This document shows positions 8,307 to 17,429 of a stretch of DNA of 39,711 nt, in pieces. How positions within the stretch are numbered: the stretch's first letter is position 1; each line of letters opens with the position of its first letter. Below the pieces are notes generated by a model. That model was not told the origin of the DNA, did no database searches, and saw only the letters and a program-made list of their open reading frames with translations. The position numbers and the translations under genes were made by a program. The stretch is taken from IMG/VR virus record IMGVR_UViG_2563366967_000006; one strand, given 5' to 3'. This stretch comes from a virus. Taxonomy: Duplodnaviria > Heunggongvirae > Uroviricota > Caudoviricetes.

Positions 8307-8846
8307 ATGCAACCACTTACATACCAACAGACTAGCGGATTTAGCCCGACTGCGGTGATAAATCGTTCTCAAACAAAACAGGTGCCAGGCCACGAAAAAA
8401 TCCGTGATGCCGTCCGCGCCTGGTCGGCTGAAGATAATCAGGATGTCGTTGCCACACTCATTGTGAATGAGTATCGGGAGCAGGGCGGCGGCGCCATCGA
8501 TTTCCCTGATGATGTCAGCCGTGCACGCCAGAAGCTGTTCCGCTTCCTCGATAACAAATTCGATTCTGAAAAATACCGAAATAACGTGCGTGAACTGACC
8601 CCGGCAATTCTGGCGGTACTACCGCTGGAATATCGCGGTTACCTGGTTGAGCAGGATAGCTTCATGGCTAGGTTGGCTGAAATGGAAAAGGAACTCAGTG
8701 AGGCAAAACAGGCTGTCATTCTCAACGCACCACGCCACCAGAAACTGAAGGAGATGAGTGAAGGTATTGTGTCGATGTTTCGTGTGGACCCGGATCTGGC
8801 TGGTCCATTGATGGCGATGGTTACCACCATGTTGGGGGCAATATGA
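8307..8846 (+). CDS. CII-position early regulatory protein, possibly YdaT-like
   Basis: 179-aa ORF between the cro-like gene and O; the family name is a tentative recollection (motif PAILAVLPLEYRGY). Confidence 0.55.
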   Translation: MQPLTYQQTSGFSPTAVINRSQTKQVPGHEKIRDAVRAWSAEDNQDVVATLIVNEYREQGGGAIDFPDDVSRARQKLFRFLDNKFDSEKYRNNVRELTPAILAVLPLEYRGYLVEQDSFMARLAEMEKELSEAKQAVILNAPRHQKLKEMSEGIVSMFRVDPDLAGPLMAMVTTMLGAI

Positions 8847-8932
8847 CAGGCTCAGAAATGGCGAAAGCCGGTCTGCGGGAACAGAGCCGACTTTCAGGTG
8901 CAAATCGTAACACACTCATTGCGGGAGGAATT

Positions 8933-9862
8933 ATGGCAAACACTGCTGAGATATTCAATTTTCCAGTGCCGGATGTGGCACAAAAGGAGCCGCGCGTGGC
9001 AGATCTCGATGATGGTTATACGCGCATTGCAAATGAGTTGCTGGAAGCTGTGATGCTGGCCGGATTAACACAGCACCAGCTTCTGGTCTTCCTGGCTGTC
9101 ATGCGCAAAACATATGGCTTTAATAAAAAACTGGATTGGGTGAGCAACGAGCAACTTTCCGAGTTGACCGGGATATTGCCGCACAAGTGTTCTGCTGCAA
9201 AAAGTGTTCTGGTAAAGCGTGGGATTTTTATTCAGAGCGGGCGGAATATCGGCATTAATAATGTGGTCAGTGAATGGTCAACATTACCCGAATCAGGTAA
9301 GAAAAATAAAGTTTACCTGAAAGAGGTAAATTTACCTGAATCAGGTAAGAAAAGTTTACCCAAATCAGGTAAAGACGTTTACCCGAATCAGGTAAACACA
9401 AAAGACAAACTAACAAAAGACAATATAAAACCTTTTTCGTCCGAGAATTCTGGCGAATCCTCTGACCAGCCAGAAAACGATCTTCCTGTGGTGAAACCGG
9501 ATGCTGCAATTCAGAGCGGCAGCAAGTGGGGGACAGCAGAAGACCTGACCGCCGCAGAGTGGATGTTTGACATGGTGAAGACCATCGCGCCATCAGCCAG
9601 AAAACCGAATTTTGCAGGGTGGGCCAACGACATCCGCCTGATGCGTGAGCGTGACGGGCGTAACCATCGCGACATGTGCGTTCTGTTCCGCTGGGCCTGC
9701 CAGGACAACTTCTGGTCCGGTAACGTGCTGAGTCCAGCAAAACTCCGCGACAAGTGGACTCAGCTCGAAATTAACCGCAACAAGCAACAGGCTGGTGTGA
9801 CTGCCAGCAAACCAAAACTCGACCTGACAAACACTGACTGGATTTACGGGGTGGAGCTATGA
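8933..9862 (+). CDS. O: Replication initiator protein O
   Basis: N-terminus resembles lambda O (VADLDDGYTRIANELLEA..., RKTYGFNK...); the gene contains the iteron array. Start taken at ATG 8933 with RBS gggagg; the track ORF begins at 8843. Confidence 0.85.
   Translation: MANTAEIFNFPVPDVAQKEPRVADLDDGYTRIANELLEAVMLAGLTQHQLLVFLAVMRKTYGFNKKLDWVSNEQLSELTGILPHKCSAAKSVLVKRGIFIQSGRNIGINNVVSEWSTLPESGKKNKVYLKEVNLPESGKKSLPKSGKDVYPNQVNTKDKLTKDNIKPFSSENSGESSDQPENDLPVVKPDAAIQSGSKWGTAEDLTAAEWMFDMVKTIAPSARKPNFAGWANDIRLMRERDGRNHRDMCVLFRWACQDNFWSGNVLSPAKLRDKWTQLEINRNKQQAGVTASKPKLDLTNTDWIYGVEL
9284..9397 (+). repeat. Origin iterons (five ~19-bp direct repeats, TTTACCYGAATCAGGTAAR) followed by an A-rich tract
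   Basis: Read directly: ttacccgaatcaggtaag, tttacctgaaagaggtaaa, tttacctgaatcaggtaag, tttacccaaatcaggtaaa, tttacccgaatcaggtaaa, then cacaaaagacaaactaacaaaagacaatataaaa. Confidence 0.8.
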
Positions 9863-10572
9863 AAAATATTGCCGCGCAGATGATTAACTTTGACCGTGAG
9901 CAGATGCGTCGAATCGCCAACAACATGCCGGAACAATACGACGAAAAGCCGCAGGTGCAGCAGGTGGCGCAGATCATCAACGGTGTGTTCAGCCAGCTGC
10001 TTGCGACATTTCCGGCAAGCCTCGCGAACCGCGACCAGAACGAGCTGAACGAAATCCGCCGTCAGTGGGTTATGGCTTTCCGTGAAAATGGAATTACCAC
10101 TATGGAGCAGGTTAACGCCGGAATGCGCGTGGCCCGCCGACAGGAGCGACCATTCCTGCCGTCGCCCGGCCAGTTCGTAGCGTGGTGTAAGCAGAGTGGC
10201 GGGGCGTTAGGTATCACTGTTGACCAAGTCATAACCGAATACTGGGATTGGCGTAATCGTTCCTTCGAATTCACTTCCAGCGAGCATTTCCCGTGGTCAC
10301 AGCCTGTCATGTACCACATCTGCGTCGAACTGCGCCACCGCAGCACAGAGCGCCAGTTAACGCATGGTGAGCTGGCGCGTGAAGCCGGCGATCTGCTGGA
10401 CATGTGGGAGAGGCGCGTCACCGAGGGCAAACCAGTACCGCCTGTGCGCCGGGCGATTGCAGCACCGGCTGCCGAGCATGGCCCGACGCCAATCCAGCTG
10501 CTTCAGGCGAAGTACAACCGCAACAAGTCGAACGGGATGGTGCGAAGTGGTAAAGAAGATAATAAAGAATAA
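9859..10572 (+). CDS. P: Replication protein P (DnaB helicase loader), mosaic
   Basis: N-terminal ~110 aa nearly identical to lambda P (MKNIAAQMINFDREQMRRIANNMPEQYDEKPQVQQVAQIINGVFSQLL...); the C-terminal half differs from lambda P as I recall it. Confidence 0.85.
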   Translation: MKNIAAQMINFDREQMRRIANNMPEQYDEKPQVQQVAQIINGVFSQLLATFPASLANRDQNELNEIRRQWVMAFRENGITTMEQVNAGMRVARRQERPFLPSPGQFVAWCKQSGGALGITVDQVITEYWDWRNRSFEFTSSEHFPWSQPVMYHICVELRHRSTERQLTHGELAREAGDLLDMWERRVTEGKPVPPVRRAIAAPAAEHGPTPIQLLQAKYNRNKSNGMVRSGKEDNKE

Positions 10573-10650
10573 TATTTAGGGTTATAGGTCTTAGCCCATT
10601 TTAAATGGAAGGCAGACATGCAGCCATGCATACTTCGCATGGCAACATAA

Positions 10651-11079
10651 TTATTTAGACAAACTATCTAATTTTTGCGTCGCTTTTTGTGTTAGGTCGC
10701 TGTAACTGATAAACCCTACGTTAGCACCTACAATTAACACTAAGAACACTAAGCTGCATATGGATAGAGTGGCAGATTTATGCTTATGGAAAACAAAATA
10801 TGCTACTATTGCACTTAATATGAAGGAAATGAATAGAAATATAGATGTTGATGTTTTTAGATATTTTTCAGGAAATAATGGGTGAGCAATAATGTATACA
10901 AGATTAAGTAGTATATAAATTGCTACCGGAATGAAAATCATGCTCCAGTGTGTATCTTTTTTGGGAGGGATTGGCTGCAAATAATCAGACACCGTTTTTC
11001 CATCAGTTTCAAGAAGAATTACTAGATCTCTTACTTCACCACTGACTTGAGTGCCATCCTTAGTAGTAATGTTAATCAT
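10651..11079 (-). CDS. Unknown membrane protein (~142 aa, soluble N-terminal region plus about 3 hydrophobic segments)
   Basis: Start taken at the internal ATG 11079 (MINITTKDG...), which overlaps the upstream stop as ATGA, with a GGAGGG RBS. The track ORF extends to 11136. AT-rich. Confidence 0.6.
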   Translation of the reverse strand: MINITTKDGTQVSGEVRDLVILLETDGKTVSDYLQPIPPKKDTHWSMIFIPVAIYILLNLVYIIAHPLFPEKYLKTSTSIFLFISFILSAIVAYFVFHKHKSATLSICSLVFLVLIVGANVGFISYSDLTQKATQKLDSLSK

Positions 11080-11453
11080 TTTTTCCCTCCAAATACGATT
11101 CCCTCTACGTCTTTGGAAGCTTTTTGTGATGACCACTCCTCTGAATCAGGTGATTTAATTAAAAATATTGTATCTCCATCAAAAATCGTATTTGTTCCGT
11201 AAAAATTTACATTTGATAGATCACCACCAAAAACCCTCTGCCCACTCGAGGTAATTGCCTCACCTAATTTAGTAAAATTACCTGCAATAGATGATTTTCT
11301 TTTTCCACTTCTATTCAAAGTGGCTTTAATTACACCACCACCATCCTTAGAGTTAAATAATTGAATGTCCACTCCAGCAGTTGGTTGTATATATTTTGAA
11401 AGCTCTTTCTTGAACTTGTTAATATATTTATCTTTGTTTTCTTTGTTGGTCAT
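11076..11453 (-). CDS. Unknown small soluble protein (125 aa), first gene of the ren-position cassette
   Basis: ORF antisense to the early rightward operon; Gly/Ser/Lys-rich; no motif recognised. AT-rich. Confidence 0.6.
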   Translation of the reverse strand: MTNKENKDKYINKFKKELSKYIQPTAGVDIQLFNSKDGGGVIKATLNRSGKRKSSIAGNFTKLGEAITSSGQRVFGGDLSNVNFYGTNTIFDGDTIFLIKSPDSEEWSSQKASKDVEGIVFGGKK

Positions 11454-11720
11454 TGGTTAGATCCATAGTTCTGGCTGTGATTAGGTGAAAGTATACAAGG
11501 TTTTTAAAGCGAAGATCACTGTTTTGGCTTCAAGATAGTTTTGATTTATCGTAATCAATCCGCCATAATCCTCTCATCGGAGCCTGAACAACTCCGGTGA
11601 CTTCTGCGCATTTAAGGGGACTTAAATGCGACCACAATCTGAACTCATCACCTTGTCACAGATGCAGAAATGCACCTGCGATGTCTTGCATCCAGCGTTT
11701 GATCTCTGCGGAGGTGAAGC

Positions 11721-12176
11721 GTGAACCTCCCACAAGATGGCATCAAATTACATCGCGGTAACTTCACCGCTGTCGGTCAGCAGATCCAGACTTATCTGGA
11801 AGACGGCAAATGCTTTCGCATGGTGCTTAAACCGTGGCGCGAGAGACGCAGTCTTTCCCAGAATGCACTCAGCCACATGTGGTACAGCGAAATCAGTGAA
11901 TACCTCATCAGCAGGGGTAAAACGTTCGCCACTCCAGCTTGGGTAAAAGATGCTCTCAAACACACATATCTCGGTTATGAAACCAAAGACCTGGTTGATG
12001 TCGTAACCGGTGATATCACCACTATCCAGTCGTTACGCCATACCTCCGATCTTGATACCGGAGAGATGTATGTCTTCCTGTGTAAGGTTGAAGCCTGGGC
12101 GGTGAATATTGGCTGCCACCTGACTATTCCGCAGAGCTGCGAGTTCCAGCTGCTCCGCGACAAGCAAGAGGCGTAA
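11721..12176 (+). CDS. ybcN: NinB/YbcN-family protein
   Basis: 151-aa translation matches my recollection of DLP12 YbcN ([15 protein letters not shown]...[20 protein letters not shown]...). Confidence 0.75.
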   Translation: MNLPQDGIKLHRGNFTAVGQQIQTYLEDGKCFRMVLKPWRERRSLSQNALSHMWYSEISEYLISRGKTFATPAWVKDALKHTYLGYETKDLVDVVTGDITTIQSLRHTSDLDTGEMYVFLCKVEAWAVNIGCHLTIPQSCEFQLLRDKQEA

Positions 12177-12346
12177 TGGCTACACCGCTTATTCGTGTCA
12201 TGAACGGACACATCTACAGAGTATCAAATCGTCGTAAGCGTAAGCCTGAGCTGAAGCCATCCGAAATACCAACACTGCTCGGATATACCGCCAGCCTGGT
12301 TGATAAAAAATGGTTGCGACTGGCAGCAAGGAGGAGTCATGGCTGA
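12176..12346 (+). CDS. ninE: NinE-like small protein (56 aa)
   Basis: Not in the ORF track (under 60 aa). Hand translation [56 protein letters not shown]; coordinates ±1-2 nt. Confidence 0.55.
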   Translation: MATPLIRVMNGHIYRVSNRRKRKPELKPSEIPTLLGYTASLVDKKWLRLAARRSHG

Positions 12347-12629
12347 TTTGAGAAAAGCAGCGCGTGGTCGGGAATGCCAGGTAAGAATCCCTGGCGTATG
12401 TAATGGCAACCCTGAAACGTCTGTACTGGCACATATCCGGCTGACTGGATTGTGCGGCACCGGTACCAAACCGCCAGACCTGATTGCCACCATTGCATGT
12501 TCTGCCTGCCACGACGAAATCGACCGCCGCACACATTTTGTCGATGCTGCATATGCAAAAGAATGCGCGCTGGAAGGTATGGCGAGAACACAGGTTATGT
12601 GGCTGAAAGAGGGGGTTATTAAGGCGTGA
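12339..12629 (+). CDS. ybcO: DUF1364-family nin-region protein (YbcO-like)
   Basis: Start at internal ATG 12339 ([34 protein letters not shown]...); the stop overlaps the rusA start (GTGA). Confidence 0.7.
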   Translation: MADLRKAARGRECQVRIPGVCNGNPETSVLAHIRLTGLCGTGTKPPDLIATIACSACHDEIDRRTHFVDAAYAKECALEGMARTQVMWLKEGVIKA

Positions 12630-12988
12630 ATACCTACAGCATCACATTACCCTGGCCTCCGAGCAATAATCGCTATTACCGCCATAATCGCGGGCGCACG
12701 CACGTCAGCGCAGAGGGGCAGGCATACCGCGATAACGTCGCCCGAATCATTAAAAACGCAATGCTGGATATCGGCCTGGCTATGCCTGTGAAAATCCGCA
12801 TTGAGTGCCACATGCCGGATCGCCGTCGCCGTGACCTGGATAATCTGCAAAAAGCCGCTTTTGACGCACTCACTAAAGCAGGTTTCTGGCTGGATGATGC
12901 TCAGGTCGTTGATTACCGCGTTGTGAAGATGCCTGTTACCAAAGGTGGGAGGCTGGAACTGACCATCACCGAAATGGGGAATGAATGA
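12626..12988 (+). CDS. rusA: Holliday-junction resolvase RusA
   Basis: 120-aa translation ([36 protein letters not shown]...[25 protein letters not shown]) matches RusA. Confidence 0.9.
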   Translation: MNTYSITLPWPPSNNRYYRHNRGRTHVSAEGQAYRDNVARIIKNAMLDIGLAMPVKIRIECHMPDRRRRDLDNLQKAAFDALTKAGFWLDDAQVVDYRVVKMPVTKGGRLELTITEMGNE

Positions 12989-13125
12989 TGTTTGAGTTTA
13001 ATATGGCAGAACTTCTTCGCCACCGCTGGGGGCGTCTGCGCTTATATCGTTTCCCCGGTTCTGTTTTGACCGATTACCGAATACTGAAGAATTACGCCAA
13101 AACCCTGACAGGAACAGGAGTATGA
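12985..13125 (+). CDS. ylcG: YlcG-like small protein (46 aa)
   Basis: Not in the ORF track. Hand translation [46 protein letters not shown]; overlaps the rusA stop (ATGA). Confidence 0.55.
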   Translation: MMFEFNMAELLRHRWGRLRLYRFPGSVLTDYRILKNYAKTLTGTGV

Positions 13126-13210
13126 AGTCAGAGATAACAATCAACTAATACTGTTTTGTTGATTTTTGCTTGTAATTGGCGTTCTGGTCTGATTTTTGTG
13201 GAGTAAGTTG

Positions 13211-13594
13211 ATGCGTGATATTCAGATGGTTCTTGAGCGTTGGGGTGCGTGGGCGGCTAATAATCATGAAGATGTGACCTGGTCGTCCATTGCCGCCGGT
13301 TTTAAGGGATTAATTCCTTCAAAAGTAAAATCTCGCCCGCAATGTTGTGACGATGACGCGATGATCATTTGCGGGTGCATGGCCCGTCTGAAAAAGAACA
13401 ACAGCGATTTACACGATTTATTAGTAGATTATTATGTATGTGGTATGACATTCATGTCACTGGCAAGTAAGCATTGCTGCTCGGATGGTTATATCGGGAA
13501 AAGGTTACAGAAGGCTGAGGGCATAATTGAAGGGATGTTAATGGCATTAGATATCCGGTTAGATATGGATATCGTTGCTAATAATTCTAATTGA
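13211..13594 (+). CDS. Q: Late-gene antiterminator Q
   Basis: Translation [31 protein letters not shown]...[16 protein letters not shown] matches DLP12 QuuD-type Q as I recall it; the track ORF starts at 13196. Confidence 0.85.
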   Translation: MRDIQMVLERWGAWAANNHEDVTWSSIAAGFKGLIPSKVKSRPQCCDDDAMIICGCMARLKKNNSDLHDLLVDYYVCGMTFMSLASKHCCSDGYIGKRLQKAEGIIEGMLMALDIRLDMDIVANNSN

Positions 13595-13730
13595 TATGCA
13601 ATTGTTTACTAAAAGTTATTAAAAATGGGGCGTGGAAACGCCCCCAAAATAAAGGGTAATATATAACAGAAGGTTTATATAGTAAGAAGCAAGGTAGTGC
13701 TTCTAAAGGAAGTGGCTTGAGGGCTCCACT
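13595..13730 (+). promoter_or_regulatory. Putative PR'/qut region downstream of Q
   Basis: AT-rich stretch with promoter-like hexamers and a GGGGCG/CGCCCC hairpin at about 13627-13645; by position equivalent to the lambda late promoter and Q-utilisation site. Confidence 0.35.
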
Positions 13731-13772
13731 TATATGTTGCGGAGGCAAAGCCTCCCGCAACATATCTTTTTC
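13731..13772 (+). terminator. Intrinsic terminator (tR'-like)
   Basis: Long GC-rich hairpin atatgttgcggagg-caaag-cctcccgcaacatat followed by CTTTTTCG; about 140-180 nt downstream of the Q stop. Confidence 0.6.
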
Positions 13773-13782
13773 GTAAGTCAGA

Positions 13783-14865
13783 TTAGAACTGATAAACCAG
13801 ACCTACAGCGACGATGTCGTCGGTATCAATACCAGCTGTTTTGGTAAACTTACTATCGTCAATTAAGTTGATTTTGTAATCAACAAAAGTGGACATGTTT
13901 TTATTAAAGTAGTAAGTAGCACCGACATCGACATACTTGACTAAGTCTCGGTCACCATGAACACCAAGGTCTTTACCTTTTGACTGAAGGTAAGCAACAG
14001 ATGGACGCAGACCGAAGTCAAACTGATATTGTGCTACTGCTTCAAAGTTTTGTGCTTTGTTTGCAATATGGTTATTACCAAAAACGGTCATATTCTGAGT
14101 TTCAGAATATGTGGTAGCCAGATAGATATTGTTCGCATCATATTTCAGGCCTGCAGCCCATACTTCCGCATTTTTGCCGGAGGCATTGAATTTGCTCTTA
14201 CCATAGGCGACCTGACCGTCAGTGCGATCTGATTTAGCATAGGTTGCACCCACGCCGAATCCTTCATACTCATAAGTAGTGGAGAAACCGAAACCATCAC
14301 CATTGGCTTCAGTTACGTCAGTGCGGTCATTTTTACCCTGATACTGAGCAGCAAAGTTCAGGCCATCGACCAGACCAAAGAAGTCGTTGTTACGATAAGT
14401 TGCAACACCAGTAGTGCGACCAGTCATGAACACATCTGTTTGGGTCCAGGTATCACCACCGAATTCTGGCAGAACGTCAGTCCACGCACCGATGTCGTAT
14501 GCTACACCGTAGTTACGGCCGTAATCGATTGAGCCGTAATCACCAAATTTCAGGCCTGCAAATGCAAGACGGGTTTTGTCTTTGGAAGAACCTTGAGATT
14601 CAGCACGGTTGCCTTTGAATTCATATTCCCACTGACCGAAACCAGTCAGTTGATCGTTGATTTGGGTTTCACCTTTGAAGCCAAGACGGGCATAAGTAGT
14701 ATCACCATCATCTGCATCATTAGAGGAGAAGTAGTGCTTGGCATTAACTTTCCCGTATAGATCCAGCTTGTTACTGTCTTTATTATAAATTTCAGCTGCC
14801 TGAGCAGACATCGCCATCAGTACTGATGCAGCTACAGCAGAAATTGCCACTGTTAATTTTTTCAT
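13783..14865 (-). CDS. nmpC: OmpC-family porin (NmpC-like moron)
   Basis: Signal peptide [23 protein letters not shown] then AEIYNKD...; C-terminal VGLVYQF beta-barrel signature. Start taken at internal ATG 14865; the track ORF runs to 14925. Confidence 0.85.
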   Translation of the reverse strand: MKKLTVAISAVAASVLMAMSAQAAEIYNKDSNKLDLYGKVNAKHYFSSNDADDGDTTYARLGFKGETQINDQLTGFGQWEYEFKGNRAESQGSSKDKTRLAFAGLKFGDYGSIDYGRNYGVAYDIGAWTDVLPEFGGDTWTQTDVFMTGRTTGVATYRNNDFFGLVDGLNFAAQYQGKNDRTDVTEANGDGFGFSTTYEYEGFGVGATYAKSDRTDGQVAYGKSKFNASGKNAEVWAAGLKYDANNIYLATTYSETQNMTVFGNNHIANKAQNFEAVAQYQFDFGLRPSVAYLQSKGKDLGVHGDRDLVKYVDVGATYYFNKNMSTFVDYKINLIDDSKFTKTAGIDTDDIVAVGLVYQF

Positions 14866-15453
14866 TGTACGCCCTTTTTTTGAACTATTATTAAAAAATG
14901 ATGTCACTGCGCGATAAATATTCATCTAATCAATGTGATTATTTCAAGATGTAAGTTTTAGTTTCTCATTTAATTTGTGAAGTAGATCTCTATTTTTATC
15001 GGAACCTTTTCTATCTAATCCTATTCATGGCTCTTGTCTGAACAAAAATAAATCTATTAGCTAATTTATATTAATGGCACTTATTTATAAGTGCTCTATA
15101 ATTCTTTAGCTTAATTTAAACAAACTAAAAATAACATCGGAAATTATTAACTGGTTATTTGTTGAAGTTTTCTTATGCATTTGTGGTGGTGTTTTGAACA
15201 CTCGGTGGCATTCTCACAAATATCATTTAGTAGTTTACGTACGTAAAAAATTGGTTATGCTGTTAAGAGTGGTTACTTCGTCACACAGCTTAAACCCGCC
15301 GTCGAGCGGGTTTTTCCATTTTTTGAGTCTCGATATTAGCTGATAACCCAATACCTGAGTTATTCACTGACTCCGAATCTGTTACGTTTCTGCCTTTATT
15401 GCGATACGTAGTATCCCCTTAATTTACACCCGCTTTGTCTGCGAGGTGGGGTT

Positions 15454-15669
15454 ATGAAATCCATGGATAAGTTAACAACGGGTGTCGCCTATGGTACCTC
15501 AGCAGGTAGTGCCGGGTACTGGTTTTTACAGTTGCTCGATAAAGTCACGCCCTCACAGTGGGCGGCAATAGGTGTGCTGGGTAGCCTGGTATTTGGCCTG
15601 CTGACGTACCTGACAAACCTTTATTTCAAGATTAAAGAAGATAAGCGCAAGGCTGCGAGAGGTGAATAA
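15454..15669 (+). CDS. Phage-21-type pinholin (class II holin) with dual-start motif
   Basis: 71-aa [24 protein letters not shown]...; two TM segments; Met1-Lys-Ser-Met4 fits the antiholin/holin dual-start arrangement of S21/EssD. Confidence 0.85.
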
Positions 15670-16166
15670 TGCCTCCATCATTACGAAAAGCCGTTGCTGC
15701 TGCTATTGGTGGCGGAGCAATTGCTATAGCATCAGTGTTAATCACTGGCCCAAGTGGTAACGATGGTCTGGAAGGTGTCAGCTACATACCATACAAAGAT
15801 ATTGTTGGTGTATGGACTGTATGTCACGGGCATACAGGAAAAGACATCATGCTCGGTAAAACGTATACCAAAGCAGAATGCAAAGCACTCCTGAATAAAG
15901 ACCTTGCCACTGTCGCCAGACAAATTAACCCGTACATCACAGTCGATATACCGGAAACAACGCGCGGCGCTCTTTACTCATTCGTTTACAACGTGGGTGC
16001 TGGTAATTTCAGAACATCGACGCTTCTTCGCAAAATAAACCAGGGCGATATCAAAGGCTCATGTGATCAGCTACGTCGCTGGACATATGCTGGCGGTAAG
16101 CAATGGAAAGGTCTCATGACTCGTCGTGAGATTGAGCGTGAAATCTGTTTGTGGGGTCAGCAATGA
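15669..16166 (+). CDS. SAR endolysin (phage lysozyme, R21-like)
   Basis: N-terminal Gly/Ala-rich weakly hydrophobic segment ([20 protein letters not shown]) followed by a lysozyme domain; overlaps the holin stop. Confidence 0.85.
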   Translation: MPPSLRKAVAAAIGGGAIAIASVLITGPSGNDGLEGVSYIPYKDIVGVWTVCHGHTGKDIMLGKTYTKAECKALLNKDLATVARQINPYITVDIPETTRGALYSFVYNVGAGNFRTSTLLRKINQGDIKGSCDQLRRWTYAGGKQWKGLMTRREIEREICLWGQQ

Positions 16167-16624
16167 ACAGAGTAACCGCGATTATCTCCGCTCTGGTTAT
16201 CTGCATCATCGTCTGCCTGTCATGGGCTGTTAATCATTACCGTAATAACGCCATTACCTACAAAGCCCAGCGCGACAAAAATGCCAGAGAACTGAAGCTG
16301 GCGAACGCGGCAATTACTGACATGCAGATGCGTCAGCGTGATGTTGCTGCGCTCGATGCAAAATACACGAAGGAGTTAGCTGATGCGAAAGCTGAAAATG
16401 ATGCTCTGCGTGATGATGTTGCCGCTGGTCGTCGTCGGTTGCACATCAAAGCAGTCTGTCAGTCAGTGCGTGAAGCCACCACCGCCTCCGGCGTGGATAA
16501 TGCAGCCTCCCCCCGACTGGCAGACACCGCTGAACGGGATTATTTCACCCTCAGAGAGAGGCTGATCACTATGCAAAAACAACTGGAAGGAACCCAGAAG
16601 TATATTAATGAGCAGTGCAGATAG
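16163..16624 (+). CDS. Rz: Rz i-spanin
   Basis: N-terminal TM then coiled-coil periplasmic domain; start taken at MNRVTAII; the track ORF starts at 16151. Confidence 0.8.
   Translation: MNRVTAIISALVICIIVCLSWAVNHYRNNAITYKAQRDKNARELKLANAAITDMQMRQRDVAALDAKYTKELADAKAENDALRDDVAAGRRRLHIKAVCQSVREATTASGVDNAASPRLADTAERDYFTLRERLITMQKQLEGTQKYINEQCR
16383..16565 (+). CDS. Rz1: Rz1 o-spanin lipoprotein, embedded in Rz in the +1 frame
   Basis: Lipobox VVGC and proline-rich mature region ([22 protein letters not shown]), fully inside Rz. Confidence 0.8.
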   Translation: MRKLKMMLCVMMLPLVVVGCTSKQSVSQCVKPPPPPAWIMQPPPDWQTPLNGIISPSERG

Positions 16625-16655
16625 AGCTGCCCATATCGATGGGCAACTCATGCAA

Positions 16656-16949
16656 TTATTGTGAGCAATACACACGCGCTTCCAGCGGAGTATAAATGCC
16701 TAAAGTAATAAAACCGAGCAATCCATTTACGAATGTTTGCTGGGTTTCTGTTTTAACAACATTTTCTGCACCACCACAAATTTTTGCTGCATCGACAGTT
16801 TTCTTCTGCCCAATTCCCGAAACGAAGAAATGATGGGTGATGGTTTCCTTTGGTGTTACTGCTGTAGGTTTGTTTCCAACAGTAAACGTCTGTTGAGCAC
16901 ATCCTGTAATAAGCATTGCCAGAGCGGCAGAAAACAACATTTTTTTCAT
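16656..16949 (-). CDS. bor: Bor outer-membrane lipoprotein (serum-resistance moron)
   Basis: MKKMLFSAALAMLITGCAQQTFTV...EARVYCSQ matches lambda Bor; start taken at internal ATG 16949. Confidence 0.85.
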   Translation of the reverse strand: MKKMLFSAALAMLITGCAQQTFTVGNKPTAVTPKETITHHFFVSGIGQKKTVDAAKICGGAENVVKTETQQTFVNGLLGFITLGIYTPLEARVYCSQ

Positions 16950-17429
16950 CTTATTATCCTGCATTGTTAAAAACGGCAGAATCCTATGTGACAACAATTA
17001 AACGATAGTTAAATGGATTGATGAAAATTAAAACTACACAGGTGGGCTCAGACTATTGGAGGAAGTTGGGGACACTCAGAATCCTGTGGAATGAAATAAA
17101 CCGGTCTATCCGTCCATTACCCTTTTAGCTGCGCTGTATCGTCGCCGTATTCCCGCATTAACCATGACCGTAGCCCGACGGGGAATTCCTTCTGCGTGAG
17201 TGTGCGGGAATAATTAAAAACGATGCACACCGGGTTTTTACCGCGTTAATGATTCGCGGGTTTATCCCGGTGCGATGGTGGAAGAAACAGGAAGCTGTAT
17301 TACAGAAAGTGCTACTACTGTATCCCGATGCGATGTATGTAATGTGAGTCAGATAATGGCACAGGATGTGGTGATGTGGCAGTCTGGAACACAGGATATA
17401 TTGTCAGAATAAGACCCGTAGGAATAAAA

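Noticed and set aside
9267-9787. Minus-strand ORFs overlapping O and the iterons; iterons considered as a possible CRISPR array
   Set aside because: The repeats are ~19-bp iterons at ~23-bp spacing inside the O reading frame, without unique spacers of CRISPR length or a leader; the antisense ORFs are embedded in O.
12198-12873. Minus-strand ORFs (65-112 aa) across ninE, ybcO and rusA
   Set aside because: Antisense to a tightly packed, translationally coupled plus-strand operon with recognisable products.
16625-16655. GCCCAT/ATGGGC hairpin between the convergent Rz and bor genes, considered as a bidirectional terminator
   Set aside because: Short stem with no flanking U-run on either strand; too weak to call.
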